This document shows, one piece after another, positions 40,447-49,290 of a DNA stretch of 64,000 nucleotides (its first letter is position 1; every line of letters begins with the position of its first letter). The translations under genes were made by a program, and so were the position numbers. The stretch lies in contig OZ245365.1 of assembly GCA_965226495.1 (NCBI GenBank), positions 2,720,001-2,784,000 on the forward strand, in the 5' to 3' direction. This DNA is from Candidatus Marinacidobacterales bacterium (lineage in GTDB: Bacteria; Acidobacteriota; Vicinamibacteria; Marinacidobacterales; DATDRI01). The notes under the pieces are model-generated. The model searched no databases. It worked only from the letters and a program-made list of their open reading frames with translations, and was not told the DNA's origin.

Positions 40447-41922
40447 TCATCTCTTTTTCCGCCGGTGCATCTCGGCGCGGGCCGCGCCCTCCATCACGTC
40501 CGCGTTTCCCGCGCTTCCAGTCCATAGGTCCGACTGCCGCACCGCCTGCGCCACCAGCATCTCGAGACCTGGCACCGCGAAAGCCTTTCTCTCTCGGGCC
40601 AACTCGAGGATCTCGGTTTTCTCCGGGTGGTAGATCATATCCAGAACGAGAGCTCCGGGCCGGAACGCCTCCACCTGCTCCACGGAGCCGGCGTCGACGA
40701 GTCCTTCGTGCAAGGGAGTGGCGTTGACCAAGATATCCCATCGGTGAGCGGCAAGGTCGCCGATGTCGCCCGCATCCCCTCCCGCGAGTTCGGCGACGGC
40801 TCGCGCTCGCTCCAACCTACGCGCGAGAACGACGACCGCAGCACCCGCCTGTCCTAATCCAACCGCGGCGGCGCGCGCCGCGCCACCCGCGCCAAGAATT
40901 ACCGCGCGCTTACCCTCGATACCTAGACGACGTGACACCGGACCCACGACCCCATCCACGTCCGTGTTGAACCCGCACCACCGTCCGTCTCGAGCTACGA
41001 CGGTGTTGACCGCTCCCACTTGTTGAGCGGGCCCATCGATGTCATCTAGAAACGGCAGGATAGATTCCTTGAACGGCCGGGTCACCGAAAAGCCTGCGAC
41101 ACCAATCTCCTTGGCTGCCGGAACGAAGGAAGCCAGGCCCTCTTCTTCGAACGGAACGTAGACCGCATTCAATCCCTTGTGGACGAACACGGCGTTGTGC
41201 ATCGCCGGAGAGAGGCTACCGAGCGCCGGCCGCCCGAGAATCCCGTAAATCCTCGTCGCGTCGTCGACAACCCGAAAGCGATACGTGCCCAAGAGCTGAT
41301 CGAGATCGAGCTGCCCTGGTCCCGTGGCAGGCAACCCTCGGGCTGCGGCATAAGTGAGGTCAGCGCCAAACCGCTGTGCTAGCACGCGGCCCGCCGTACC
41401 GGCGGGTCCCATTGGGATCGGAGCGAATCCAACGCCACGATCTCGAGCGAGCCGACCCGCCTCACCGAGCCGAACCACATCGGCAAGAGAGTCTGCCCGC
41501 GCCGCAACCTTGACGATATCGGCACCCGCTGTCGTGGCCCGCTCCACGATCTCCGACAAATCGTCCGGGATACGATCGAATTTGTGGTGGGACAGAATCA
41601 GCCGCGAAGACGTTTTAACCGTGCGAAGCTCGTCGGAGAAGGAATCCAATTCGATGTCGACGAAGTCGAACCCGAGAACCAAGGCTCGTCGGAGAATCTC
41701 GAGGCGCTCGGACTCCGAACCCTCAAACACTCCTCCTTCTCTCTGCATTCGGCAGGTAAGGATGAGAGGCTTGGTGCCCGCTTTCCGGAGTCGCTCCAAA
41801 TCGAGGTCTCTGAGTCCGTCAACGCGGAGCTCCACGAGGTCGGCACCCTCGCACGCGTCGCCGGCCGCCCGGACCATCGCCTCGGTGGAAGGCGCCATCA
41901 CCGCGGCGACCACACGAGTCAC
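40447..41922 (-). CDS. Fused type I 3-dehydroquinate dehydratase / shikimate dehydrogenase (AroD-AroE)
   Basis: ADLVELRVD, ILTCR..EGG, ADIVKVA, then SLSPAMHN, VTRPFK, GAVNT, NTD, GAGGAARA; likely GTG start 41922 after GGAGG (the ORF-track start lies in the terminator U-tract). Confidence 0.92.
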   Translation of the reverse strand: MTRVVAAVMAPSTEAMVRAAGDACEGADLVELRVDGLRDLDLERLRKAGTKPLILTCRMQREGGVFEGSESERLEILRRALVLGFDFVDIELDSFSDELRTVKTSSRLILSHHKFDRIPDDLSEIVERATTAGADIVKVAARADSLADVVRLGEAGRLARDRGVGFAPIPMGPAGTAGRVLAQRFGADLTYAAARGLPATGPGQLDLDQLLGTYRFRVVDDATRIYGILGRPALGSLSPAMHNAVFVHKGLNAVYVPFEEEGLASFVPAAKEIGVAGFSVTRPFKESILPFLDDIDGPAQQVGAVNTVVARDGRWCGFNTDVDGVVGPVSRRLGIEGKRAVILGAGGAARAAAVGLGQAGAAVVVLARRLERARAVAELAGGDAGDIGDLAAHRWDILVNATPLHEGLVDAGSVEQVEAFRPGALVLDMIYHPEKTEILELARERKAFAVPGLEMLVAQAVRQSDLWTGSAGNADVMEGAARAEMHRRKKR

Positions 41923-41965
41923 TACCCTCCCTGCATTGGGATCGACGGTTGTTTTCCTCTTGTCC

Positions 41966-41997
41966 AAAAAAAAACCTCTTCAGGAAACCTGAAGAGG
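41966..41997 (-). terminator. Intrinsic terminator (attenuator) in the leader of the aroDE-his-aro operon
   Basis: Perfect 10-bp stem cctcttcagg / cctgaagagg followed by U9 on the minus strand, 44 nt before the aroDE start. Confidence 0.9.
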
Positions 41998-42071
41998 AAA
42001 ACACCGTCCGGCATCTTACATCCCCAGGCTCCCTATGCTGTGGCTAGCGTCGCCGCCGGCCAGGTGCCCAG

Positions 42072-42230
42072 CTAGGCCCCGTAATGGTACCGATGGTACG
42101 TAAGATGCCCGAAATTACCGTGTTGCCCCGTGTTCGATGCCAGGCATGACACGGCCACGCAAATACGAGCCCCGAGACACGGGGACGCCTCCAACCGCAA
42201 CATCAATAGGATCGTCACTCGTAGGCTCAT
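42072..42230 (-). CDS. Putative His/Tyr-rich attenuator leader peptide (52 aa)
   Basis: Manual translation MSLRVTILLMLRLEASPCLGARICVAVSCLASNTGQHGNFGHLTYHRYHYGA*; 4 His, 3 Tyr and 1 Phe in the last 16 codons, none before. Confidence 0.75.
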   Translation of the reverse strand: MSLRVTILLMLRLEASPCLGARICVAVSCLASNTGQHGNFGHLTYHRYHYGA

Positions 42231-42249
42231 GCTTACCCTTGCGCCTCAA

Positions 42250-42278
42250 ACGCTACACCCCCCACTTTTTCATGTCAA
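42250..42278 (-). promoter_or_regulatory. sigma70 promoter of the leader and operon
   Basis: TTGACA (42278-42273), 17 nt, TAGCGT (42255-42250). Confidence 0.65.
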
Positions 42279-42398
42279 GTGACATCCGACCGAAGAGTTT
42301 TTTTGTGATTTTGATCACTTCTTTTCTTGTATCGTCACCCATCGGATGCTATATAAAAAAGGTTCTCGATTTTATCGTGGACCGAATCGAGGCGCGCC

Positions 42399-42926
42399 GT
42401 GAATATAAAACGGATCTTGAGATCCGTCGTTTTCTTCGAATACGTCACCGAGCACCATGTCCAACAACTGGTGGACCTGGCGCGGTCGCAAACCGTGGAA
42501 ACCGGAGAGGTTGTCTTCTCCGAAGGTGAGGCAGAGAACCACCTCTACCTGATCGAGAGCGGCCGTATTCAGATCTCTCGGGAGGGGCCTCACTTCGGCC
42601 GCCAAGCCTTCGCGCTCCTCGGCCCGGGCGATCACTTCGGCGCGTTGTCGCTCTTTTACGCTGATCCCCACTTCGCGTCGGCCACCGCCGTCGAGACGAC
42701 GCGCCTTTGGATGATCCGCCACGACGACTTCCAGGCTTGCCTGCAGAAACAACCGAAACTAGCCTTCGCGGTTCTCAAGGGAATGGTGCTCGGCATCCGC
42801 ACCGCGAACGGCGAGATCCGAAAGCTGACGACACTTTTCGATCAACGATCTCGCTCGGAGATCGAGCTACCCGCAAAAAAAGATTCAACTCGCCCATCGC
42901 GGCCGCTCGCTCCACCGGCAACTTGA
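42399..42926 (+). CDS. Cyclic-nucleotide-binding domain protein
   Basis: VVFSEGE...LYLIESGRIQI...GPGDHFGALSL...ASATA; no clear Crp HTH. Confidence 0.85.
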   Translation: MNIKRILRSVVFFEYVTEHHVQQLVDLARSQTVETGEVVFSEGEAENHLYLIESGRIQISREGPHFGRQAFALLGPGDHFGALSLFYADPHFASATAVETTRLWMIRHDDFQACLQKQPKLAFAVLKGMVLGIRTANGEIRKLTTLFDQRSRSEIELPAKKDSTRPSRPLAPPAT

Positions 42927-43027
42927 TCCGCCGGGACGGCCGGCTTCAGAGCCGGCATCAGAGTAATACAGACGCCGGAAGGCCTTGATTCGCCTCCGCT
43001 TAAAGGATCCCGTCAAAAGGGAGGCTT

Positions 43028-43056
43028 TTGACGGTACCCTCCCTTTGAACTATCAT
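43028..43056 (+). promoter_or_regulatory. sigma70 promoter upstream of the SpoIVB-like gene
   Basis: TTGACG, 17 nt, TATCAT. Confidence 0.55.
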
Positions 43057-43127
43057 TGAGGTTGGTGATTCATTCACCCTCAAATTCTTCCGTGTTGCCG
43101 ACGCGGACTCTCGAGGTTCACTTAGGA

Positions 43128-45014
43128 ATGCCCATATCCGAAAGTCGGGCGGTAAAGAAGCTTCTGCCGGTCATTCTGTGGCTTTTCAGCGTTTCCGTCC
43201 TTCCCACGCTCGCCTCCGCCTCTCAAGGTGTCGAGATCATATCGGTCGATGCGGTCGAGCCCGGAATGGTGGGTGAAGGTCACACCGTCTTTTCCGCCGA
43301 GAAGATCGAAACGTTCAAAGTCACGATCATGGGCGTGCTACGAAACTATGGCCCCAACCAGAACATGATCTTGGCCAAGCTGGAAGGCGGTCCGCTCGCC
43401 GACACTGGCGTGATTGCCGGAATGAGCGGCAGCCCGGTCTACATCGACGGGAAATTACTCGGAGCGGTGGCCTACTCCTTCCCGTTCTCCAAAGAACCCA
43501 TCGCGGGAATCACCCCCATCGAAGAGATGATCGATGGAACCGCCACACCCATTTCACGACGTAAGGTGGCGAAGCTCGACTTTCCACTCACACCCGAGCG
43601 ACTGGAAGCCGTCGCCCCCCAACGGGTGCGGCCGGTAGCCATCCAGGGTGCGTCGCTCAGCGGAGCCGACCAACTCCGGCCCTATCTGGGAAAACTCCTT
43701 TCTCCCATTGCCACGCCCGCGTCACTCAACGGCTTTCTCCCGGAGACTTACGACATTGCCGCTCCGTTGCTGCGGGCGCTGGGGATGGAACCCCTGCTCG
43801 GTGGCGCGATGGTCCCAAGACTCCAGTCCGGCACCGAGATCGCGGAGATCACAACGCCTAACTCAGAGCTCACGTTGCGGCCGGGTGACGCGGTCGGAGT
43901 AGGACTCATTACGGGAGACATGGACTTGAGCGCCACTGGCACCGTGACCCATGTCGATCCCCTGACCGGAAGCGTCTACGCATTCGGCCATCCTCTTTTC
44001 AACCTCGGCCCCATCGAATACCCGATGACGAGAGCCAACGTGCATTTGGTCCTACCGAGCGTTTACAGCTCCTTCAAGTTATCGAGCTCCGGACCTACCG
44101 TGGGGACCTGGCTGCAGGATCGACACACGGCTATCAAGGGAAAACTGCGTAGCCGGCCAAAGATGATTCCCCTGTCCGTCCAGGTGAAGACCAGTCGAGA
44201 CCTGGAGAAATCCTACAATCTCGAGATCGTCAACGATGAGCTTTTCTCACCGGTGCTGGCATACGTGGCGCTGATGTCCATTCTCCAGTCCACCGAAAGA
44301 CAGTTCGGAACCGCGACCTTCAAGGTCTCGTCCTGGATCTCCTTGGCGGGCGAGCGACGCGTCCACATCGAGGACATCTTCGCGGACCAGCAACCGGCGC
44401 TGTCTGCATCCGCCATGGCGGCAGCCCCCCTATCTTTCCTCATGACCAACGACTTCGAGAAGGTCAAGGTGGAATCGATGAAAGTCTCGATCGAGGCCAC
44501 CGAGAGTCCACAAACCGCACGCTTGGTTCGGGCGTGGCTGGACACCGATCGCGTCGCCCCCGGCGGCACCGTCCCATTGAAGCTTCTACTGCGTTCCTAC
44601 CGCGGTGAGGATATTCTGAAGACGGTCAATGTGGACATTCCGGCCAACGTCGCGGAAGGTAAACTCAAGCTCCTGGTGGCCGATGCAACCACCATGTCGG
44701 CTTTGGAACGTCGCGAATCACACGATCGCTTCGAGCCGCGCAATCTAGATCAGCTCATTCGAGCACTCAACGCGCTGCGCAAAAACAACCGCCTGTACGT
44801 GAAGTTGACCAGCCCCGGTTACGGGGCCATCGTCGCGGGAGAGTATCTCTCTTCCCTTCCCCCCAGCGTGATGGACGTCCTGAAAGCAGATCGCTCAAGC
44901 GCAAGCTATATTCCTATCAATAGCGCGACCCTATGGGAGCACGAGCTGGTGACCGATTACAGCCTCAGCGGCGCGCGCGTTCTCGAGATCACGGTGGGCA
45001 ACTTCCTAAACTAG
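43128..45014 (+). CDS. SpoIVB peptidase S55 domain protein
   Basis: GVIAGMSGSPVYIDGKLLGAVAY, AFGHP, signal-like N-terminus; start uncertain. Confidence 0.9.
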   Translation: MPISESRAVKKLLPVILWLFSVSVLPTLASASQGVEIISVDAVEPGMVGEGHTVFSAEKIETFKVTIMGVLRNYGPNQNMILAKLEGGPLADTGVIAGMSGSPVYIDGKLLGAVAYSFPFSKEPIAGITPIEEMIDGTATPISRRKVAKLDFPLTPERLEAVAPQRVRPVAIQGASLSGADQLRPYLGKLLSPIATPASLNGFLPETYDIAAPLLRALGMEPLLGGAMVPRLQSGTEIAEITTPNSELTLRPGDAVGVGLITGDMDLSATGTVTHVDPLTGSVYAFGHPLFNLGPIEYPMTRANVHLVLPSVYSSFKLSSSGPTVGTWLQDRHTAIKGKLRSRPKMIPLSVQVKTSRDLEKSYNLEIVNDELFSPVLAYVALMSILQSTERQFGTATFKVSSWISLAGERRVHIEDIFADQQPALSASAMAAAPLSFLMTNDFEKVKVESMKVSIEATESPQTARLVRAWLDTDRVAPGGTVPLKLLLRSYRGEDILKTVNVDIPANVAEGKLKLLVADATTMSALERRESHDRFEPRNLDQLIRALNALRKNNRLYVKLTSPGYGAIVAGEYLSSLPPSVMDVLKADRSSASYIPINSATLWEHELVTDYSLSGARVLEITVGNFLN

Positions 45015-45168
45015 TGCCGTTCCATCTATTTGGACCGAGAATTCCGTGCATTACTGTGGCTACGGCGGTGCCAGTATGCAACGCTATCGTTAGGACCAAC
45101 AAGTTGGAACGGCACTAGCGTCGTCCCGAGCTCGCACTCGAACCCCTCAGTCGAAAGGATAGAGATAG

Positions 45169-47412
45169 ATGCACCACCGGTACCGTTCCCCAGTTGTTGC
45201 TTTCTTGTCGGTATTCGCACTCGCGACTTGGGTAATGGCAGGTCTGCCGACTTTCTGGACGACGGAAGGCCAACCCGAGTTCCTGACTGGAGAGGTGGAC
45301 GGGTTATCGATCGCCAGCGACGGCGTTATGAGCCTTGCCCCAGCGACCCAAAACCTCTATGAATCAACCGACCCCTTCTTTTGGAGCTTGGTCTCCGATC
45401 GAGAGGGCAATCTCTACGCCGGCAGCGGCAACGACGGGAAAGTCTACAAGGTTGACCGCGAAGGAAAGGCCACGGTGCTGGTGGACACCAGCGAGCTGGA
45501 GGTCCATGGCTTGGCTGTGGACCGCCAAGGACAAGTGTACGCCGCCACGTCACCGCGCGGCCGCGTCTACAAGGTGAGCCCGGACGGTAAGCAGCAGGTT
45601 TTCTTCGATCCTGACGATCGCTACATTTGGGCGCTCGCTTTCGACCCGGTCGGCAACCTTCTGGTCGCTACCGGTGACAAAGGCAATCTCTATCGCGTCA
45701 GCCCCTCCGGTGACAGCGAGGTCTTGTTTGCCAGCCGGGAAACGCATCTCATCTGTTTGACTATCGATGCCGACGGAAATATTTACGCGGGGAGCGACTC
45801 CAATGGTCTGGTCTTCAAGATCGACTCCGGCGATCGCGTGTCTGTTCTTTTCGACACTCCGTTCCGAGAGGTGCGTGCACTCGTCACAGATACGGCGGGT
45901 AACGTCTTTGCTGCCACCATCAACGATGCCAAGGGACCGGTAACGCCGGCCCCCGACTCGCCGGCAAACCCAGCCCTGACGTCTTCTCAAATCGCACCCG
46001 CGGAGGGCATAACCGAGTCAGTTACGGTCACGGTGTCCGCGTCTCCGATGCCAACCATCACTCCGTCCGTCGGAGTCGCCGGGTTACGAGGGGCGGTTTA
46101 TCGCATCAGTCCCGAGGGCTCTGCCGAGAGACTTTGGGGCTCCGCTGAAGACCTCCCGCTTTCGATCAAGCTCGAGCGAGACGACCGCGTCATGGTCGGA
46201 ACAGGGAGAAAAGGTCGCATTTTTCTAGTGCGGCAAGACAAGACCAGCTCCTTGCTCCTGCGAGCCGAAGCCGATCAGGTGACGTCCATTTATTCCACCG
46301 ATGGGCGGAACGTTTTCTTTGCAACCTCGAACCCCGCGAAGATCTATCGATTCGGAACCCGTCGGCGCTCAGAAGGCGAGTATCGCTCGTCCATCAAAGA
46401 CACGGAGACCGTTTCTTCATGGGGAATGGTCCAGTGGGAAAGCCGGTCGCCCACCGGCACCGGGTTGGTCGTTCAAACGAGAACGGGCAACTCTTCGAAG
46501 CCAGACAACACGTGGAGCGACTGGTCCGGGCCTTACACCATCTCCGATGGCGAGCAGATAAAAAGCCCCAGGGGCCGCTTTCTTCAATGGCGGGCGATCA
46601 TGAAGACATCTGATAGTGGTGCAACGCCGGAGTTACTGAAGCTCACCGCGGTGTACCTGCAGCAGAACTTGAGTCCCGAGGTAGCGGACATCACCGTCCA
46701 TACGTCGGGCCTAACGTTCCAGAAGCCTCTGCTCACCAACGGCGACATCGAAATTCTGGGCCTCAACACCCCCCTCGATACGCAAGGGACGTCGGAGACG
46801 AGAGTCCCTGGTACCAACCCCTTTGGCGCTTCCAATCTTCCTCTGACCGCATATAGTCGGAACTTCTATCGAAAGGGATACCAGACCGTGGTCTGGACCG
46901 CCACCGATCCCAACAACGATACGATGAGATACGACGTTTCTTACCGTGCGGAAGGCGACAGCTTGTGGAAGCCCCTTCGCAAGAACCTACGCGAAGCGGT
47001 GATCGCATGGGACACAGTGGCCATGCCGGACGGACGATACGTGCTGAAGGTCGTCGCCAGCGACGCCCCCAGCAACCCGCAAACCTCTTCTCTCAGCGGA
47101 GAACGAGAGAGCAAGCCCTTCGACGTCGATAACACGCCCCCAACCGTTTCCGATCTGGTAGTGGCGCCTGCCGCAGGTGGACATCGCCTGACGTTCGTGA
47201 CTCTCGACGGTTCCAGCGCGGTGCGGAAAGTCGAGTATGCCGTGGACTCCGGCGAGTGGCAGATGATCTATCCAGTCGACGGCATCTCGGACTCCAAGCG
47301 GGAAGGGTTCGACGTTACCGTCATGGGTTATTCCGGGGGGGTACACACCCTGGTCCTCAAGGTGACCGACCTACTTGGGAACGTGGTAACCGCGCGAGCC
47401 GAGCTGAGGTGA
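45169..47412 (+). CDS. Exported beta-propeller protein with C-terminal Ig/FN3-like domains
   Basis: Signal peptide, repeated D.GNLYAG.G..GKVYKV blades, RTGNS.KPD.TWS.WS, DG.YVLKVVASD. Confidence 0.8.
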   Translation: MHHRYRSPVVAFLSVFALATWVMAGLPTFWTTEGQPEFLTGEVDGLSIASDGVMSLAPATQNLYESTDPFFWSLVSDREGNLYAGSGNDGKVYKVDREGKATVLVDTSELEVHGLAVDRQGQVYAATSPRGRVYKVSPDGKQQVFFDPDDRYIWALAFDPVGNLLVATGDKGNLYRVSPSGDSEVLFASRETHLICLTIDADGNIYAGSDSNGLVFKIDSGDRVSVLFDTPFREVRALVTDTAGNVFAATINDAKGPVTPAPDSPANPALTSSQIAPAEGITESVTVTVSASPMPTITPSVGVAGLRGAVYRISPEGSAERLWGSAEDLPLSIKLERDDRVMVGTGRKGRIFLVRQDKTSSLLLRAEADQVTSIYSTDGRNVFFATSNPAKIYRFGTRRRSEGEYRSSIKDTETVSSWGMVQWESRSPTGTGLVVQTRTGNSSKPDNTWSDWSGPYTISDGEQIKSPRGRFLQWRAIMKTSDSGATPELLKLTAVYLQQNLSPEVADITVHTSGLTFQKPLLTNGDIEILGLNTPLDTQGTSETRVPGTNPFGASNLPLTAYSRNFYRKGYQTVVWTATDPNNDTMRYDVSYRAEGDSLWKPLRKNLREAVIAWDTVAMPDGRYVLKVVASDAPSNPQTSSLSGERESKPFDVDNTPPTVSDLVVAPAAGGHRLTFVTLDGSSAVRKVEYAVDSGEWQMIYPVDGISDSKREGFDVTVMGYSGGVHTLVLKVTDLLGNVVTARAELR

Positions 47413-47523
47413 GCCCTCAGCTGTCCCGAAGCCGCCGCCGGCCGCAGCGAGCCTGTCGAGCGGAGGCCAAGCGACCGCACGCAGCCGTGAGCCCATGCGG
47501 AGTCGCCAGTCGACGGAGCATGA

Positions 47524-47670
47524 GGCGTGGGGGTGGGGCCCCGCGCCATTTATTGCAGAGTGAGGCCGCGGCTGCTATATGCCGGCGAAGGGACCAAGCC
47601 GTGTCGGCCGCCAAAAGAGGTCGGTGCTACTGATCGGCTGCGGGAGGCGGCGGGGCCCCGCCGCACTAAT
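47524..47670. repeat. Two GGGGCCCC-core repeats between convergent genes
   Basis: ggcgtgggggtggggccccgcgcc (47524) and ggcggcggggccccgccgcactaa (47646). Confidence 0.65.
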
Positions 47671-47672
47671 GG

Positions 47673-48392
47673 CTAAATATTGCGCTTAGACCTTACTTCT
47701 TTGGTCGTGAAAAGATAGAGGAAGTGTACGGCGACCGCCTGGCCGCCCAAGCGCGCCGGTTCGAAACCGGAGGTCCGGACGACCTCCAACGTTCTTGCCA
47801 ACATTCTTTCATCGCCACTCCGGTGGATCACCTGCAAATCCCGCACGTCTCCGTTTTGATCAATCGACGCCAACGTGAGGAGAGTACCTTCCTTGCCCCG
47901 CTCCACTTCTGTGAACGGAAGCATATTCACCGAACGGTCGCGGAGTCGAGGAGATGTCATATGCGTGTGCAAGGACACCGCTGGTAGCGGACCGGGATCC
48001 CAACGGGACATCAAAGTGCTTTGCGCTGATCCTCTCGACAAATCGAAAAAAAGGACCAACGCTATCAAGCTCAATACGGCTCCCAAACTCACCGCCGGAA
48101 AGAGAATCGGCCGTCGACGACAGCTCAAGAGCCCGTCGCGGAGGATAGGGACCATCCCGCGCAGCTCTTCGTCGACCCTTCGGCGAATCACTCGGGCGAG
48201 AGACGCTGGAGCCTCGATGCGGGGAAAGTGTCGTACCGCGTTGGCGACGTTGGCCAAACGTCCATACTCGTCTCGGCATCGAGCGCATTCGCCCAAGTGC
48301 TGTTCGACAAGCTGGCTGTTTTCAGCGGAGATCTCACCGTCGTGGTAGGCCGAAAGCGTTTTGCGATTTGGGGTGTGAAACATTGGGAACAT
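47673..48392 (-). CDS. Zinc-binding anti-sigma factor with a TM helix and a TonB-C-like C-terminal domain
   Basis: LSAYHDGE...HLGECARC (HxxxCxxC), TM segment, IDQNGDV...FEPARLGGQAVAV. Confidence 0.8.
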   Translation of the reverse strand: MFPMFHTPNRKTLSAYHDGEISAENSQLVEQHLGECARCRDEYGRLANVANAVRHFPRIEAPASLARVIRRRVDEELRGMVPILRDGLLSCRRRPILFPAVSLGAVLSLIALVLFFDLSRGSAQSTLMSRWDPGPLPAVSLHTHMTSPRLRDRSVNMLPFTEVERGKEGTLLTLASIDQNGDVRDLQVIHRSGDERMLARTLEVVRTSGFEPARLGGQAVAVHFLYLFTTKEVRSKRNI

Positions 48393-48396
48393 GGGT

Positions 48397-49092
48397 TTAC
48401 TCTTTCGAGAGCTCTCGAACCTCAGGGTCCAACCTGCCGCGTAGGGTTGCGCGAGCCCGCGCCAAACGGGACTTCACCGTTCCGATAGCAAGATTCAAGG
48501 TTCGGGAGATCTCTTCGTAGGAGAGGCCCTCGATTTCTTTCAACAAAAGTACCGTCCTTTGCTCGAACGGCAAGGTGGCGATGGCCTCCTGCAAGATCCT
48601 CCCGAGCTCTTTCCGCTCGAGTGCGCGGTCCGGCAAGAGTGCGGCACTCACTCCCACCGACGTACTCAACTCCATAAAACCTTGCCGCTCAGCATCCTCT
48701 ACCGTCACCGCGGTCATTTCACCTTCTCTACGGCGCCACCATCGCTGTTGGTTCTTGGCGCGGTTCAAGACGATTCGGTAAATCCAGGTGCGGAGCGAGG
48801 CCTCGCGGCGGAATGTCACCAACTTCTTGTAGACCTGAAGGAAAACTTCCTGGGACAAGTCATGCGCTTCGTCGCGGCCGCCCAGCAGTCGCAAGGACAA
48901 GTTGAACACCAAATCCTGGAACCGCTCTACGATCTGGTCGAAAGCCGTCTCGTCGCCCGACAAGAAGCGCTCGATGAGCGCGGTCTCGTCCAAACTGAGA
49001 CTGGCCGCTTCCCGCTCGACCTTGAGCCCAAAGAGCTCTTCAACCCGAACCACGGACGTGGGGTTGTTACTCGTGCTTCCCCCAGTATGCAT
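48397..49092 (-). CDS. ECF sigma-70 factor (RpoE/SigW-like)
   Basis: GDETAF, AHDLSQEVF, TWIYRI, GLSYEEI...GTVKSRLARAR; start uncertain. Confidence 0.93.
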   Translation of the reverse strand: MHTGGSTSNNPTSVVRVEELFGLKVEREAASLSLDETALIERFLSGDETAFDQIVERFQDLVFNLSLRLLGGRDEAHDLSQEVFLQVYKKLVTFRREASLRTWIYRIVLNRAKNQQRWWRRREGEMTAVTVEDAERQGFMELSTSVGVSAALLPDRALERKELGRILQEAIATLPFEQRTVLLLKEIEGLSYEEISRTLNLAIGTVKSRLARARATLRGRLDPEVRELSKE

Positions 49093-49196
49093 GTATGTCC
49101 GGCGCATTTGTCCCGAGGCCCTTTTCGCCCATCGTAGCACAAGCCTTCGCGGCTTGGCTCGGGACGGTAACAAGCGGCCCCTACGCTCTCCATTCG

Positions 49197-49225
49197 TTAG
49201 ACACCGCGAGTGGGCCTCAGGTTCC
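49197..49225 (-). promoter_or_regulatory. ECF-type autoregulatory promoter
   Basis: GGAACCT, 16 nt, GTCTAA upstream of the ECF sigma gene. Confidence 0.75.
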
Positions 49226-49233
49226 ATTGTGCA

Positions 49234-49262
49234 TTGACTTGCCGGGCCCGGTTTGCTAACCT
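49234..49262 (+). promoter_or_regulatory. sigma70 promoter of the TPR gene
   Basis: TTGACT, 17 nt, TAACCT. Confidence 0.5.
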
Positions 49263-49290
49263 ACTGCTAGCGAGGTACTTAGAGCACTCG

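Noticed and set aside
42137-42529. 130-aa plus-strand ORF across the attenuator leader
   Set aside because: No recognisable domain; overlaps the cNMP gene out of frame and is antisense to the leader and promoter.
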